64,000 bases of DNA. It comes from an uncultured Actinomycetes bacterium (lineage in GTDB: Bacteria; Actinomycetota; UBA4738; HRBIN12). The notes beneath the pieces are model-generated. The model did not search any database and was not told the DNA's origin. It saw only the letters and a program-made list of their open reading frames with translations. This document shows positions 48,750 to 59,468 of this stretch, piece by piece. The DNA lies in contig CAVSXK010000026.1 of assembly GCA_963731925.1 (NCBI GenBank), forward strand, positions 21,526 to 85,525. Direction: 5' to 3'. Position 1 is the first letter of the stretch, and the number at the start of each line of letters is the position of its first letter. The position numbers and the translations under genes were made by a program.

Positions 48750-48845
48750 CCGCACCTCCCTCCGTCTCGCCAGCCCTCGCGTCGAAGGTAGGCCGCGAGC
48801 ACCCACGGCACGCATCGGGAGGACTACCCAGATTGGGAGCCGGAC

Positions 48846-51466
48846 CTACCGGTCTTGGCCGATGAGCCCGAGACGGATCGCCTCGGCGCTCGCCTGGCCG
48901 CGCGTTCGGACGTCGAGCTTCTGCAGGATCGCCGAGACGTGGTGATCGACCGTCTTCGCGGCGAGGACGAGGCGCTCGGCGATCTCCGCGTTGCGAAGAC
49001 CCTGCGCCAAGAGCGCGAGAACCTCCATCTCCCGCGCGGTCAGCCCCACAGGGTTCACCTCGGTCGTGGGGCGAGGCCCGCGCGGGAGTCCGGTCGCGCC
49101 GCGCGCGCGGAGCCGGCGCGCGACGATCGCGGCAGCCGGACGCGCGCCCAAGATGCTGCAACTCGTCCAACGCACGACGCAGCGGTTCCTCCTCGTCCGC
49201 GTCGGCAAGCGCGAGCGCCGCCTCGTAGGGGCAGCCCAGGTCGGTCCAGAGCTCGGCCGCGCGGGACCAGTCGCCCGCGATCTGGACCGCGTAAGGCTCC
49301 GCAGCGTGGTCCGGGACCGCCTCCTCGATGCCTGCGCGCCAGCGCCAGGAGGCGAGCTCGCCGATCACCCACGGGAGCCTCTCTCGCGTGGCGAGCTCGA
49401 GCGCCGCCTGGGTAGACACCGGCGACCGCCTCATGCCTGCCCTCGAGCCACGCGGCCTCGGCTCGGGCGGCCGCCGCCGGCCCGAACCGCAGCGACTCAC
49501 CCGTCGACTCCGAGAGGGCCCAGGCTTCGTCCAGCGGCGCCGACTGGCCGGGATCTCCTCGCCGCGCTCGAACGAGCCCGAGCACGACCTGAGCGATGGT
49601 GCGAGGCATCGTCGACGCCCGCGGAACGCGGACGACGGCCGCGGCGGTGGCGGCGGCGTCTGCCCACTGCCCCCGATCGAGCTCCGATCGAGCGCGATAC
49701 GCGAGGAGATAGAGACGGTAGAGCTCGAGCCCGTGCTCGCTGCAATACCGGATGCCTGCATCGAGGTACTCGCTCGCGGACGCGTATGAACGGGTGTGCA
49801 CGAAAGCGATAGCGAGCAAGTCGAACGCATTCCCAACCTGTTCGGGGAGTGCCGCGCGACCGGCGAGTTGCAGGGCGCGAGTGAGCTTCTCGACCCCCTC
49901 CGACATGCCTCTGCAGCGATTCCGCGAAGCCGAGGCAGGCGAGCGCACGGACGACGATCTCGGTGTCGTCCACGCCGCTCAGCCAGTTCGAGCGCACGCT
50001 GGCTCAAGGCGACATCGCTCCACGAAGAACGCGAGATTGGCTGTAGGCCATGGCGAGCTCGCGCCCCGGGGGGAGCTCCTCGAGGATGGCCACGGCCTCC
50101 CGACCCGCTCGCTGGGATTCCGCGATCCTGCCCGGACACCAGAGGATCTCCGACAGCGAAACGGAGCGAATCGCCCTCCCTGCGGCGGTCACCGAGCTCC
50201 CGGTAACACTGGAGCGCGGCGCGCTGCGCCTCGATCGCTTCGTCGTTCTCGTCCGCGAGGTAGCACTCTGCGGCGCGGCGACCGAGGAACTCGGCCCGCT
50301 CCTCGAGCTGCAGGTGGTCACCGAACCGAAGCGCCCGCGCGTACTGGGCGGCAGCTTCCCGATGCGCGCCCAGCGAGGCCGCGCGTAGCGGCCGCCTCTG
50401 GCGCGAAACGCAACACCGCTTCCGCATCGCCGGCTGCCTCCGCATGATGCGAGAGCCGCGCGAGATCCGGAGAACCGGTCGGCGGATCCGCGAGCGCTCC
50501 GAGCGCCTTCCGGTGCAGGATGATGCGCCGATCCGACGGGAGTGACTCTTCGATCGCCAGCCGAGCGAGCTCGTGGCGGAACGACGACGCCTTCCGGATC
50601 CGAGCTCAGCATCCCGGAGGCGAGGCACTCCTCGACGCGATCGATGGCCTCCGGCGCGAGCGCCTCCAGGAGCCAGAGTCTCGCCGCGAGGCGGAACGGC
50701 GGCGACGGCTTCGAGCAGGTCCCGCGCCTCGGGGCTCAAACGCGCCGCGCGGGCGAGGACCGCGTCCCGGACCGTGTTCGGGATCTCGGCGTCGGCCGCC
50801 GCCAGGACCTCCGTGACGAAGAACGGGTTCCCGCCAGTGTTTCGGTAGAGAACAACGGCGTCGACGCCGTGCGGTTCGGCGAGTCGGGCGACGGCCTCCG
50901 GCGAGAGCGGATCGACCCGCAGCCGCCTCACCGCCTGGCTGGTCGAGAGCTCGCCGCGCCAGGACCCGCAGCGGATGCACCCGATCGAGCTCGTCGCGGT
51001 AGCTCACGAGGACGAGCGCGGGAACACCTTCCACCTTGCGCCCGAGCAGGCGAACCACGTCGAGGGTCGCCTCGTCGGCCCAGTGAACATCTTCGAGCAC
51101 GAGCACGCTCGGCGCATGCCTGCCAAGCTCGTGCATGAGAGCGGTGGCGACCTCGTAGGGCTTCGCTGCGCCGTGGACGAGCGCCTCCACCTCGCCCCCG
51201 CTCGACTCCGCGACCTCGATCAGCGGCCCGAGCGGACTCGGCGTGTACAGCGCATCGCAGGCACCCCAAAGGATCCGAGCCGAGCTCCGATGCTCGTCGC
51301 AGAAGCGCCGCAGGAGCGCCGTCTTCCCCACCCCGGCCTCCCCCGCGACGAGCACGAGCCAGCCACGTCGATGCTCACGCACGTCATCGAGCAACGCGGC
51401 CAGCGCGTCCAGCTCGCCCTGCCGCTCGAGGAGCTCCGTCGAGGGCTCGCCGATCAGCGTGATCAT
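48846..51466 (-). pseudogene. LuxR-family regulator (N-terminal AAA ATPase, central TPR, C-terminal LuxR HTH) fragmented into >=5 frames
   Basis: N-terminal P-loop LVLVAGEAGVGKTALL (50606-51466); TPR-like middle pieces in 49055-49948 and 48658-50931 frames; C-terminal HTH LTAREMEVLALLAQGLRNAEIAERLVLAAKTVDHHVSAILQKL (48846-49208). Confidence 0.6.
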
Positions 51467-51532
51467 GCGTCAGGGCATGGTTATCCAACGTGAATGACCA
51501 CGCAAGTGCCGCGTTGAGACCGCTATCGCCGC

Positions 51533-52666
51533 TCATCCCCAGAGCCGGTCGGCGACACGGGCGACCAGCTCGAGCTTGCGCCACTGTGTGTCCTCGTCGA
51601 TCTCGTTGCCCACCATCACGCTCGCGAACCCGCACTGCGGGCTGATCGCAAGCCTGTCAAGGTCGCCGTCTACGAACCCGGCCGCCACGTCCATCTTCCG
51701 AAGGAGATCGTCCTCGGCCTCGAGGACGGGCGTCTTCGTCGAGAGGATCCCCATGACCATCGTCGAACCCCCTCTGAGGTAGCGCACCGGCTCGAACCCA
51801 CCGTCTCGTCCGAGGTCGTCCCACTCGACCAGGAACGCGTCGTACGGGAGCTCGCCGAACACGCGCTCGGCGACGGGTTCGAGCGAGCCCTCGCACATCC
51901 ACGAAGAACGGAAGTTCCCTCGACAGATGTGCAGCGCCACGGTCACCTCGTCGGGGATGCCCTCGAGCACGGCGGTATCGGCCGCGATGGCGGCGTCGAC
52001 GAGATCTGCGACGGGGTGGCCTCGCGCCTCGAAGCGCGCGACCCACGTCGGGTCGACGAGGTACGGATAGAGCGGGAAGTCGAATTGTAGATAGTTACCT
52101 CCTGCCTCCACGGCCTCCCCGACGAGCTGCCGCTCGATCTCGATAGCAGCCTCGGCGAACTCCTCCACCGATCCGTAGGCACCAGCGACCGTCGTGAAGG
52201 GGTGGAGGAAGATGGATGGGGCTGGGAACGTCACCTTGAAGGGGTAGCCACCGGTCGCCTCGACCATGAAGGCAGCCTCCCGAGCGGCTGGCGAGTCGAC
52301 CTGCTCGAGCGGTGCGACGATCTCGTGAACAGCCAGCTCGACGCCCTCGCCTCGGTCGTTGCGGAACGTCACACTCTTGCCTGTTCGGACGCCCGATACG
52401 GCATCGTAGAAGGAGTTCATGAACATCCAACGCCGGAACTCGCCGTCCGTGACGACGTCGAGTCCGATGTCGATCTGACGCCGAACGACGTCGCGGATGG
52501 CAGCGTCCTCGAGCTCACGGAGCGCCGTTCGGTCCTTCTCCCGCTCCTCACTCAGGACGGCCGAGTGCCCCCGTTCGTAGAAGGCGTCGATTGACTGACT
52601 CACTAGGGGTGGCCGGAGCAGCGAGCCGACGACCTCGGCGCGAGCCGGGCGACGTGGGGCGTCCAT
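51533..52666 (-). CDS. cobalamin-independent methionine synthase II family protein (MetE C-terminal-domain-like)
   Basis: 377 aa; UROD/MetE-like Zn site HICRGN...C..; intact. Confidence 0.85.
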   Translation of the reverse strand: MDAPRRPARAEVVGSLLRPPLVSQSIDAFYERGHSAVLSEEREKDRTALRELEDAAIRDVVRRQIDIGLDVVTDGEFRRWMFMNSFYDAVSGVRTGKSVTFRNDRGEGVELAVHEIVAPLEQVDSPAAREAAFMVEATGGYPFKVTFPAPSIFLHPFTTVAGAYGSVEEFAEAAIEIERQLVGEAVEAGGNYLQFDFPLYPYLVDPTWVARFEARGHPVADLVDAAIAADTAVLEGIPDEVTVALHICRGNFRSSWMCEGSLEPVAERVFGELPYDAFLVEWDDLGRDGGFEPVRYLRGGSTMVMGILSTKTPVLEAEDDLLRKMDVAAGFVDGDLDRLAISPQCGFASVMVGNEIDEDTQWRKLELVARVADRLWG

Positions 52667-52706
52667 AGGTTCCGAACACTAGTAACGATCGGCCAGGCTC
52701 GCTGGT

Positions 52707-52728
52707 GTGACCTCTTCCGCGTCAAGGA
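52707..52728. repeat. 22-nt motif gtgacctcttccgcgtcaagga, copy 2
   Basis: Exact repeat of 13655-13676. Confidence 0.7.
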
Positions 52729-53209
52729 TGGCAGACCCGCTGCTAGGGCCTCGACCTGAGGATCTCGTCACGTATTCCAACCGAGTGGTTCGGTCGAATC
52801 GTGCGGGCACGTTAGCCATTTCGTCCTAGTCCAGCGCGTTGTGCGCGCACGGAGCGAACGTCAGTGCGAGGAAGATAGCGAGACCGGCGAATCAGGTCGC
52901 CTCAGGGCCCTGACTCAACCCCTACCCCTTCCGCACCGATGGTGCTCGTCGAGCCAGGATCGGACGCCGTCCTCGGCGCGCTAGGGAAGCCAGCTACCTC
53001 CCGGAGACGGCGCGCTGAGAGCAGCGCTATCACGATGCCCGCGAGGACCATCAGGACAACGCGGACGTAACGCGGCCGCGCGTCCCACCAGCTCGACGAC
53101 CTCTCCATGGCTGGCGACGCTACCGCCTTTCATCGCGGGGCGCGACATGCTACGGAGCGGAACCGACTGTCCCACGGACTCTCACAACAGGCACTCGGTC
53201 GCGACCGCC

Positions 53210-54388
53210 CTAGGGCCGTGCTCGTCGCACCTCGGCGCGGTCCTCCCGGTAATGGATGACATCCCAGGCGATGAGCGCGCAACAAACCGCCGTCACGAGC
53301 GCGAGGGAGACGAGCGCCGGCAGCTCGAGCGCCGCCGGGATGAGCGCCAGCATGGCGATGCCCGTCGCGAGCCTGCCCGGCCCGATCCATCCTGGTCGCT
53401 CGGTCGTCGTGCGGCGGATGAAGTGGACCAGCCGCAGACGCAGGCCGACGTGGGTGAGGAAATAGAGCGCGAGCCCACCGCAGAGCGCCACGGCGGGCAC
53501 CGCGGCCAACGACTCGTCGACGTGCTCGATCGTCGTCTTGAGGCCCAGAGCGAACAGGACGATCCCGGCGATCATCGGCAGGTGCAGGTAGCTGTAGTAG
53601 TCGCGGGCGAGCCGGGCTCGCTCCGCACCGCTGGTCTGCGCGAGTTGACGTTGCGACATGACGGCGACGACGTCGAAGTACGCCCACCAGAGCGCGGCAA
53701 CGACGACGACCCCAAGGACGGCGGCGGAGATGATGCCGGCAGTGAGCGAGAAGCCGGCGGCCCCCACGCCGAGGGCGATGATCGACTCGCCGAGCGCGAT
53801 GATGACGATGAGCCCATACCGTTCGGCGAAGTGAGCCGGTGAGACGCTCCAGCCCTTCCCTCGGCCGATCAGGGCAGCCCCGTAGAGGACGGCGAGCCCG
53901 ACGACCCAGAGCGCGGTCTGCGCGCCGCCGTCGACGAAACCGGCCACGAGGATGCCCACCGCTCCGATCGTGGCCATCGGCGCGAACCCCATGAGCGCCC
54001 GACGAAGGTCGGGGTCGCGCTTGGCGGCGATCGCATCGAGCACGAGGTTCAGCAGAAGCACGAGCAGGTAGGCCACCCCGAACAGCACCTCGTCGGCACC
54101 GAACGCACCCGGGACGGCGAGGGCGACGACGAGCATCGCGGCCATCGCTCCGAACATGCCCGCGCGGACCTGGCCCTCCTCCGGCTCGAGCGCGTTCGTG
54201 AGCCACGCATAGCCCGTCCAGGCCCACCAGATCGCGGCGAGGACGAGCAGTCCGTGCCCGATCCCCCGCCAGGTGAGGTCGTGCGACATGAACTGGGTCA
54301 CCTGCGTGATCGCGAACACCACCACGAGATCGAAGAAGAGCTCCAAGGGGGTGACCCGCTGCTCGCGCTCGGTCGGTTGAGCGTCCAT
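53210..54388 (-). CDS. ltrA: LtrA (low-temperature-requirement A) family membrane protein
   Basis: MDAQPTEREQRVTPLELFFDLVVVFAITQ... polytopic; the upstream part of the 519-aa ORF is R/G-rich non-coding. Confidence 0.8.
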   Translation of the reverse strand: MDAQPTEREQRVTPLELFFDLVVVFAITQVTQFMSHDLTWRGIGHGLLVLAAIWWAWTGYAWLTNALEPEEGQVRAGMFGAMAAMLVVALAVPGAFGADEVLFGVAYLLVLLLNLVLDAIAAKRDPDLRRALMGFAPMATIGAVGILVAGFVDGGAQTALWVVGLAVLYGAALIGRGKGWSVSPAHFAERYGLIVIIALGESIIALGVGAAGFSLTAGIISAAVLGVVVVAALWWAYFDVVAVMSQRQLAQTSGAERARLARDYYSYLHLPMIAGIVLFALGLKTTIEHVDESLAAVPAVALCGGLALYFLTHVGLRLRLVHFIRRTTTERPGWIGPGRLATGIAMLALIPAALELPALVSLALVTAVCCALIAWDVIHYREDRAEVRRARP

Positions 54389-54390
54389 CC

Positions 54391-54789
54391 CTACGAGCTC
54401 CTCGAACGCGGCACGAGCCTGATCGTCACGTCGTGGGCCTGGGGGCCCACGACGGTTCCGACGATCTCGGGCCCGTAGCGGTCGTACTTCGCGTGGTAGG
54501 CGGCGTCGATGTCGACGTGCACGCCCGGGGCGGCCTCGGCGAAGGTGACGTCCCGCTCCAGACCGCCGGCCCCGATGCGACCCACGCCGCTCGCCTTCGC
54601 GCGCCGGAACCACGGGTTGTCGGGGCCGTAGGCGGAGCGCACATACAGCTGGTCGTCGACGCGGACGACCCACATCGTCACGTACGGCCGGAACGTGCCG
54701 TCCGGGCGTTCCGAGGTGAGCTGCAGCTCCAGCGCCTCGCCGATACGTCCAAGCTCCTCCTCGGTCCACGCGATCATCGGCGTACCTCG
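54391..54789 (-). CDS. DUF2255 family protein
   Basis: ..AWTEEELGRIGEALELQLTSERPDGTFRPYVTMWVVRVDDQLYVRSAYG... Confidence 0.6.
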   Translation of the reverse strand, partial: RGTPMIAWTEEELGRIGEALELQLTSERPDGTFRPYVTMWVVRVDDQLYVRSAYGPDNPWFRRAKASGVGRIGAGGLERDVTFAEAAPGVHVDIDAAYHAKYDRYGPEIVGTVVGPQAHDVTIRLVPRSRSS

Positions 54790-55025
54790 CATCACGAGTT
54801 CGGCATCGGTGACTCGGCCATCACAGTAACCGGAGCGAACATCCTCAGTGACATCCAGGCTGCGCCTCGCGGAGTGCTGGTGGCCGGAGCAGCGAGCCGA
54901 CGACTTCGGCACGCGCCGGACGACGGGGAGGCTTCACGGCCGGAGCCTGCCCAGCGAACCCAGCGAGAGAGCCGGTAGCCTCGGACCTCGGGGTGTGATC
55001 CGGGAATAGCTCTCGGTTCGCAAGG

Positions 55026-57284
55026 ATGCAGAGGCAAGGAGGACCGAAGTTGGACCACGATCACCACGGACACGAGCACGCTGACCACCCGGAGGGGGGA
55101 AGCGACGCCTCCGCGAGCGTAGAGACGGGGGTGCGTGAGCATGGTCGCGCCGATCACGCATCTCACGACATGCACGAAGGACATGGACCTGGAGAACACG
55201 CGGGTCACGACGAGCATGCCGGGCACAGCGTCGCGATGTTCCGAGACCGCTTCTGGCTGAGCCTCCTCCTCACGATCCCGGTGCTGGTGTGGTCGGAGAT
55301 GGTGCAGGAGTGGCTCGGCTACACCGCCCCCTCCTTCCCGCTCTCGGTTCGCATCCCGGCGATCCTCGGCACGGTGATCTTCGTCTACGGAGGCATGCCG
55401 TTCCTGAAGGGCGGCGTCCAGGAGCTTCGGGACCGGCAGCCGGGCATGATGCTCCTGATCTCGCTCGCGATCGTCGTCGCCTTCGTCGCGAGCCTCGCGT
55501 CGGAGTTCGACTGGCTCGATCTCGAGTTCTGGTGGGAGCTCGCCCTCCTGATCGACGTGATGCTCCTCGGGCACTGGCAGGAGATGAAGGCCATCGGCCA
55601 GGCATCGGGAGCACTCGAGGCACTCGCAGCCCTGCTCCCCGACGAGGCTGAGGTCGTCCACGGAGCTGAGGTCCACACCGTCGCCGTGAGCGAGCTTCGC
55701 CCCCGCGACGTCGTCCTCGTCCGCCCGGGCGGCAGGGTGCCCGCCGACGGGATGGTCATCGAAGGCGACGCCTCGTTCGACGAGTCGATGATCACCGGGG
55801 AGTCCCGCACCGTTCGTCGCAGCTCCGGCGACCGCGTGGTCGCGGGCACGGTCGCCACCGACAACTCCGTGCGGATCGAGGTGGAAGCCGTCGGCGACGA
55901 GACCGCGCTCGCGGGGATCCAACGGTTGGTCCGTGAGGCGCAGGCGTCGCGGTCTCGGGCTCAGACACTCGCCGACCGCGCCGCGGCGATGCTCTTCTAC
56001 ATCGCCGTGGCGGCAGGGGCACTGACGTTCGTGGTCTGGGCGGCGATCGGCGACACGGGCGAGGCCGTCGAACGAAGCGTCACCGTCCTCGTCATCTCGT
56101 GCCCCCACGCGCTCGGGCTCGCGATCCCGCTCGTCATCGCCATCTCCACCGGCATCGCCGCACGAGCGGGGATCCTGGTCAGGGACCGCCTGGCGCTCGA
56201 GCGGATGCGCACGGTCGGCGCCGTCCTGTTCGACAAGACCGGGACCCTGACGAAGGGGAGACCGGCCGTCCGAGACGTCACGGGCTTCGGCGTTCCGGCT
56301 GACGAGGTGCTCCGCCTGGCGGCCGCGGTCGAGGCGAGCAGCGAGCACCCGCTCGCGAAGGCGATCGTCTCCGCGGCGACCGCCAACGGCGGGATCCCGA
56401 ACGCGTCGGACTTCCGGGCGCTGCCGGGGCGTGGCGTCGAAGCCGTCGTCGACGGAACGCCGGTCGAGGTCGGCGGTCCGGCCCTCCTTCGGGAACGAGC
56501 GATCGACATGCCGACCGAGATCAGCGATGACGTCGAGACGTGGAGCGCTCGCGGCGCGACGGTGCTCAGCGTGGTGCGCGACGGCCGCATCATCGGAGCG
56601 GTCGCGGTGGAGGATGAGATCCGCCCGGAGTCCGCCGAGGCGGTGCAGGACCTCCACCGCGAAGGGGTCCGCGTCGTGATGATCACGGGCGACGCGAGAG
56701 AGGTCGCCGACGCTGTCGCCGCTGATGTCGGGGTCGACGAGGTCATGGCCGAGGTTCTGCCCGAGGACAAGGCCGAGGCCGTAGCGGGGCTCCAGGGACG
56801 AGGGCTCCAGGTCGCCATGGTCGGTGACGGGGTCAACGACGCACCGGCCCTGGCGCGAGCCGACGTCGGGATCGCCATCGGAGCCGGAACGGACGTCGCC
56901 ATCGAGTCGGCCGGCGTGGTGCTGGCGGGTGACGATCCGCGCGGCGTCGTCTCCGTCCGAAGACTCTCCAAGGCCAGTTACCGAAAGATGCTGCAGAACC
57001 TCGGGTGGGCGGTGGGATACAACGTGATCGCTATCCCCCTGGCTGCCGGGGTCTTCGCGTGGGCAGGGTTGGTGCTCGCGCCCGCCGTCGGCGCTCTCGC
57101 CATGAGCATCTCGACCATCGTCGTGGCGGTCAACGCGATGCTGCTTCGTCGACTCGACCTTCGGCCGGCGCCCGTCGCGACCGATCCCGTCAGGCGAGCA
57201 GCGCGTCGGCGAACCGACGCACAGCGCGCACCACCACGCCTGACGAGGAGACGACGTATCGGCGGCGAGCCGTGGCCGGCGTGA
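55026..57284 (+). CDS. heavy-metal P1B-type ATPase (CopB-like: His-rich N-terminus, CPH motif)
   Basis: His-rich N-terminus (HDHHGHEHADH...), TGES, SCPHALGLA, DKTGTLT, GDGVNDAP; 752 aa intact. Confidence 0.9.
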   Translation: MQRQGGPKLDHDHHGHEHADHPEGGSDASASVETGVREHGRADHASHDMHEGHGPGEHAGHDEHAGHSVAMFRDRFWLSLLLTIPVLVWSEMVQEWLGYTAPSFPLSVRIPAILGTVIFVYGGMPFLKGGVQELRDRQPGMMLLISLAIVVAFVASLASEFDWLDLEFWWELALLIDVMLLGHWQEMKAIGQASGALEALAALLPDEAEVVHGAEVHTVAVSELRPRDVVLVRPGGRVPADGMVIEGDASFDESMITGESRTVRRSSGDRVVAGTVATDNSVRIEVEAVGDETALAGIQRLVREAQASRSRAQTLADRAAAMLFYIAVAAGALTFVVWAAIGDTGEAVERSVTVLVISCPHALGLAIPLVIAISTGIAARAGILVRDRLALERMRTVGAVLFDKTGTLTKGRPAVRDVTGFGVPADEVLRLAAAVEASSEHPLAKAIVSAATANGGIPNASDFRALPGRGVEAVVDGTPVEVGGPALLRERAIDMPTEISDDVETWSARGATVLSVVRDGRIIGAVAVEDEIRPESAEAVQDLHREGVRVVMITGDAREVADAVAADVGVDEVMAEVLPEDKAEAVAGLQGRGLQVAMVGDGVNDAPALARADVGIAIGAGTDVAIESAGVVLAGDDPRGVVSVRRLSKASYRKMLQNLGWAVGYNVIAIPLAAGVFAWAGLVLAPAVGALAMSISTIVVAVNAMLLRRLDLRPAPVATDPVRRAARRRTDAQRAPPRLTRRRRIGGEPWPA

Positions 57285-57327
57285 CACGTCTACGATGGCC
57301 GCTGCGACCGGATCCTGGAGGCAGCTG

Positions 57328-57744
57328 ATGAACCCCTCGTCGACCGCGACAACCCCCGAGCAGTACATCGCCCAGCTCGAGGAGCCTCGCCGAGAGCAGG
57401 TGGGCCGTCTCCACGAGCTCATCAGGACGACGGTCCCCGAGCTCGAGCCCTACATGGAATCGGGGATGATCGGCTACGGCCGATATCACTTCCGCTACGC
57501 GACGGGGCGAGAAGGCGATTGGTGCGTACTCGGGCTCGCGAGCCACAAGCGATACATCTCGCTGTACGTGACGGCCGAGGACGGCCGGGGCGGCTACCTC
57601 GCCGAGGGCTACCGCGACCGGCTGCCCAAGGCCGACTTCGGGAAGAGCTGTGTGCGCTTCCAGCGTCTGGACGATCTCGACCAGGAGGCACTGCGGGAGC
57701 TGGTCCGTGAGGCGGCGAAGAGCCCCGCAGCTTCGGCGAGGTGA
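57328..57744 (+). CDS. DUF1801 domain protein
   Basis: MNPSSTATTPEQYIAQLEEPRREQVGRLHELIRTTVPELEPYMESGMIGYGRYHF. Confidence 0.65.
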   Translation: MNPSSTATTPEQYIAQLEEPRREQVGRLHELIRTTVPELEPYMESGMIGYGRYHFRYATGREGDWCVLGLASHKRYISLYVTAEDGRGGYLAEGYRDRLPKADFGKSCVRFQRLDDLDQEALRELVREAAKSPAASAR

Positions 57745-58187
57745 GCGCGACCCCGCAACCGGTCGAGAAGGTCTTCGACAGCCCCACCGGCTGGGTCGCC
57801 CGGCACATCGGGGACTACGTTCGTACCGACGGGGAGAAGGGTCACCGCTGGCATGGCGTCGACACCCTGCTGCTCACCACCCGAGGCCGCAGGTCCGGGA
57901 AGCTCCGAAGGACCGCGCTGATCTACGGCCGTGACGGCGACCGGTACATCGTCGTCGCCTCGCGAGGCGGCGACAAGCACCATCCGAGCTGGTACCTCAA
58001 CCTCGTCGAGCACCCGGAGGTGACGATCCAGGTAGGCCCCGAGACGTTCACGGCGCGAGCCAGAACGGCGAACGCGAACGAGAAGCCGGGGTTGTGGCGA
58101 CTGATGAGCTCGATCTGGCCGGACTACGACCGCTATCAAGCGAAGACGGATCGCGACATCCCCGTCGTCATCATCGAGCCGAGCTGA
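57741..58187 (+). CDS. nitroreductase-family deazaflavin (F420)-dependent oxidoreductase (DUF385/PPOX class)
   Basis: ..TTRGRRSGKLRRTALIYGRDGDRYIVVASRGGDKHHPSWYLNLVEHPEVTIQV... Confidence 0.75.
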   Translation: MSATPQPVEKVFDSPTGWVARHIGDYVRTDGEKGHRWHGVDTLLLTTRGRRSGKLRRTALIYGRDGDRYIVVASRGGDKHHPSWYLNLVEHPEVTIQVGPETFTARARTANANEKPGLWRLMSSIWPDYDRYQAKTDRDIPVVIIEPS

Positions 58188-58212
58188 CCCGCCAGGCGAC
58201 CCAACCGAACGC

Positions 58213-59397
58213 TCAGGCCGGATCCCAGCGCACCCAGGTCGAATCCGGAGCTCGGAACTCCCAGCCCGAGAGCGTGGCCGGCCGATCAACGTCGAGCCGG
58301 AGTCCCGGCAATCGGTCGAGCAAGATGTCGAGCGAGACCCTCGCGAGATGCCGCCCGAACCACGCCCCCAAACAGAAGTGGCTCCCCACCGCGAACGCCA
58401 GATGTGCACCCTCTCTCCGATGGACGTCGAACCGATCGGGGTCGGTGAAGCGACGTGGGTCGCGGTTCGCCGAGGAGAGCACCGCGCCGATCAACGCACC
58501 CTCCTCGAGCTTCGTTCCCGCGAGCTCGGTGGTCTCGGTCGTCTGTCGCGTCGACGTTCCGACGGGTCCCGCCCACCGGAGGGTCTCCTCGACGGCCGGC
58601 TTCACCAGGCGCCGGTCGGCGCGGACCTCCTCGAGCTGCTCGGGGTTCGAACCGAGCGCCAGAACGAGGAGCGCGATGAGGTCGCGCGGCTCCTGGAGCC
58701 CGCCGGAGAGCATCAGCTTGGTGTTCGCGACGATCTCGCTGCGGGTCATGCGGGCGCCGTCGCGGTCGTGATGGAGCATCCACGACAGGACGGAGCCGTC
58801 GGGCTCGGCCGCCAGACGGTCGAGGACGCGTTCGATCACCTCGGAGAGCGCGTCGCTGGCTTCGTCGGCCGGCCCCTGCTTCGCAGGATCGCCCTCGAAG
58901 TTCGCCAGGCCGATCATCAGTCCCTGGTTCCACCGCAGGAGGTCCTCCCACGCCACCTCGTCGAGCCCGAGCATGAACCGGAGCGAACGCACGCTCATCG
59001 GGTCGGCGAACTCGCGGAACAGGTCGCACTCCCCCCTCGCCTCGAACCCGTCGATCAGCTCGTTCGCCAGCGCCGGGATCATCCCCTTGGTCCGCTCCTC
59101 GACGTCGCGCGGCCGGAACGGGGACTCGACGACGAGGCGGACCCGCTCCTGGTCCGGGCCCTCGGAGCCCAGCATGTTGACCCCCATCGTTCGGTTCAGG
59201 GTCGAGGGTTCGGTCGCCGCCGTGAACACGTTCGGCGACAGGTCGACCGTGCGCACGTCCTCGTACCGCGTGACGAGCCAGAGCTGCACCGCGGGGACCC
59301 ACGAGACCGGCTCCTCGTCGCGCAGGCGCGCGTAGATCGGGTACGGGTCGCGCTCGAGATCCTCCAGGCCGATCCGCTCGCCGAACGTCACACGCAC
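58213..59397 (-). CDS. cytochrome P450
   Basis: Heme-binding loop FAVGSHFCLG, ExxR (EETLRW), I-helix region. Confidence 0.9.
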   Translation of the reverse strand: MRVTFGERIGLEDLERDPYPIYARLRDEEPVSWVPAVQLWLVTRYEDVRTVDLSPNVFTAATEPSTLNRTMGVNMLGSEGPDQERVRLVVESPFRPRDVEERTKGMIPALANELIDGFEARGECDLFREFADPMSVRSLRFMLGLDEVAWEDLLRWNQGLMIGLANFEGDPAKQGPADEASDALSEVIERVLDRLAAEPDGSVLSWMLHHDRDGARMTRSEIVANTKLMLSGGLQEPRDLIALLVLALGSNPEQLEEVRADRRLVKPAVEETLRWAGPVGTSTRQTTETTELAGTKLEEGALIGAVLSSANRDPRRFTDPDRFDVHRREGAHLAFAVGSHFCLGAWFGRHLARVSLDILLDRLPGLRLDVDRPATLSGWEFRAPDSTWVRWDPA

Positions 59398-59468
59398 CCG
59401 CCTCCACCAGCCCCTGCGCCTCGCCGACGCCGGTAGGGCAGACTATCCGGCATCGGACAGGGGGAGCG

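Noticed and set aside
52667-53209. tmRNA, RNase P RNA or SRP RNA in the long spacer
   Set aside because: None of the universally conserved motifs (tmRNA tag-reading frame plus CCA T-arm end, RNase P GGAAAGTCCGG / AGGGTGAAA boxes) are present.
53130-57422. 365-aa and 876-aa minus-strand ORFs opposite ltrA region / CopB ATPase
   Set aside because: Antisense artifacts of intact genes.
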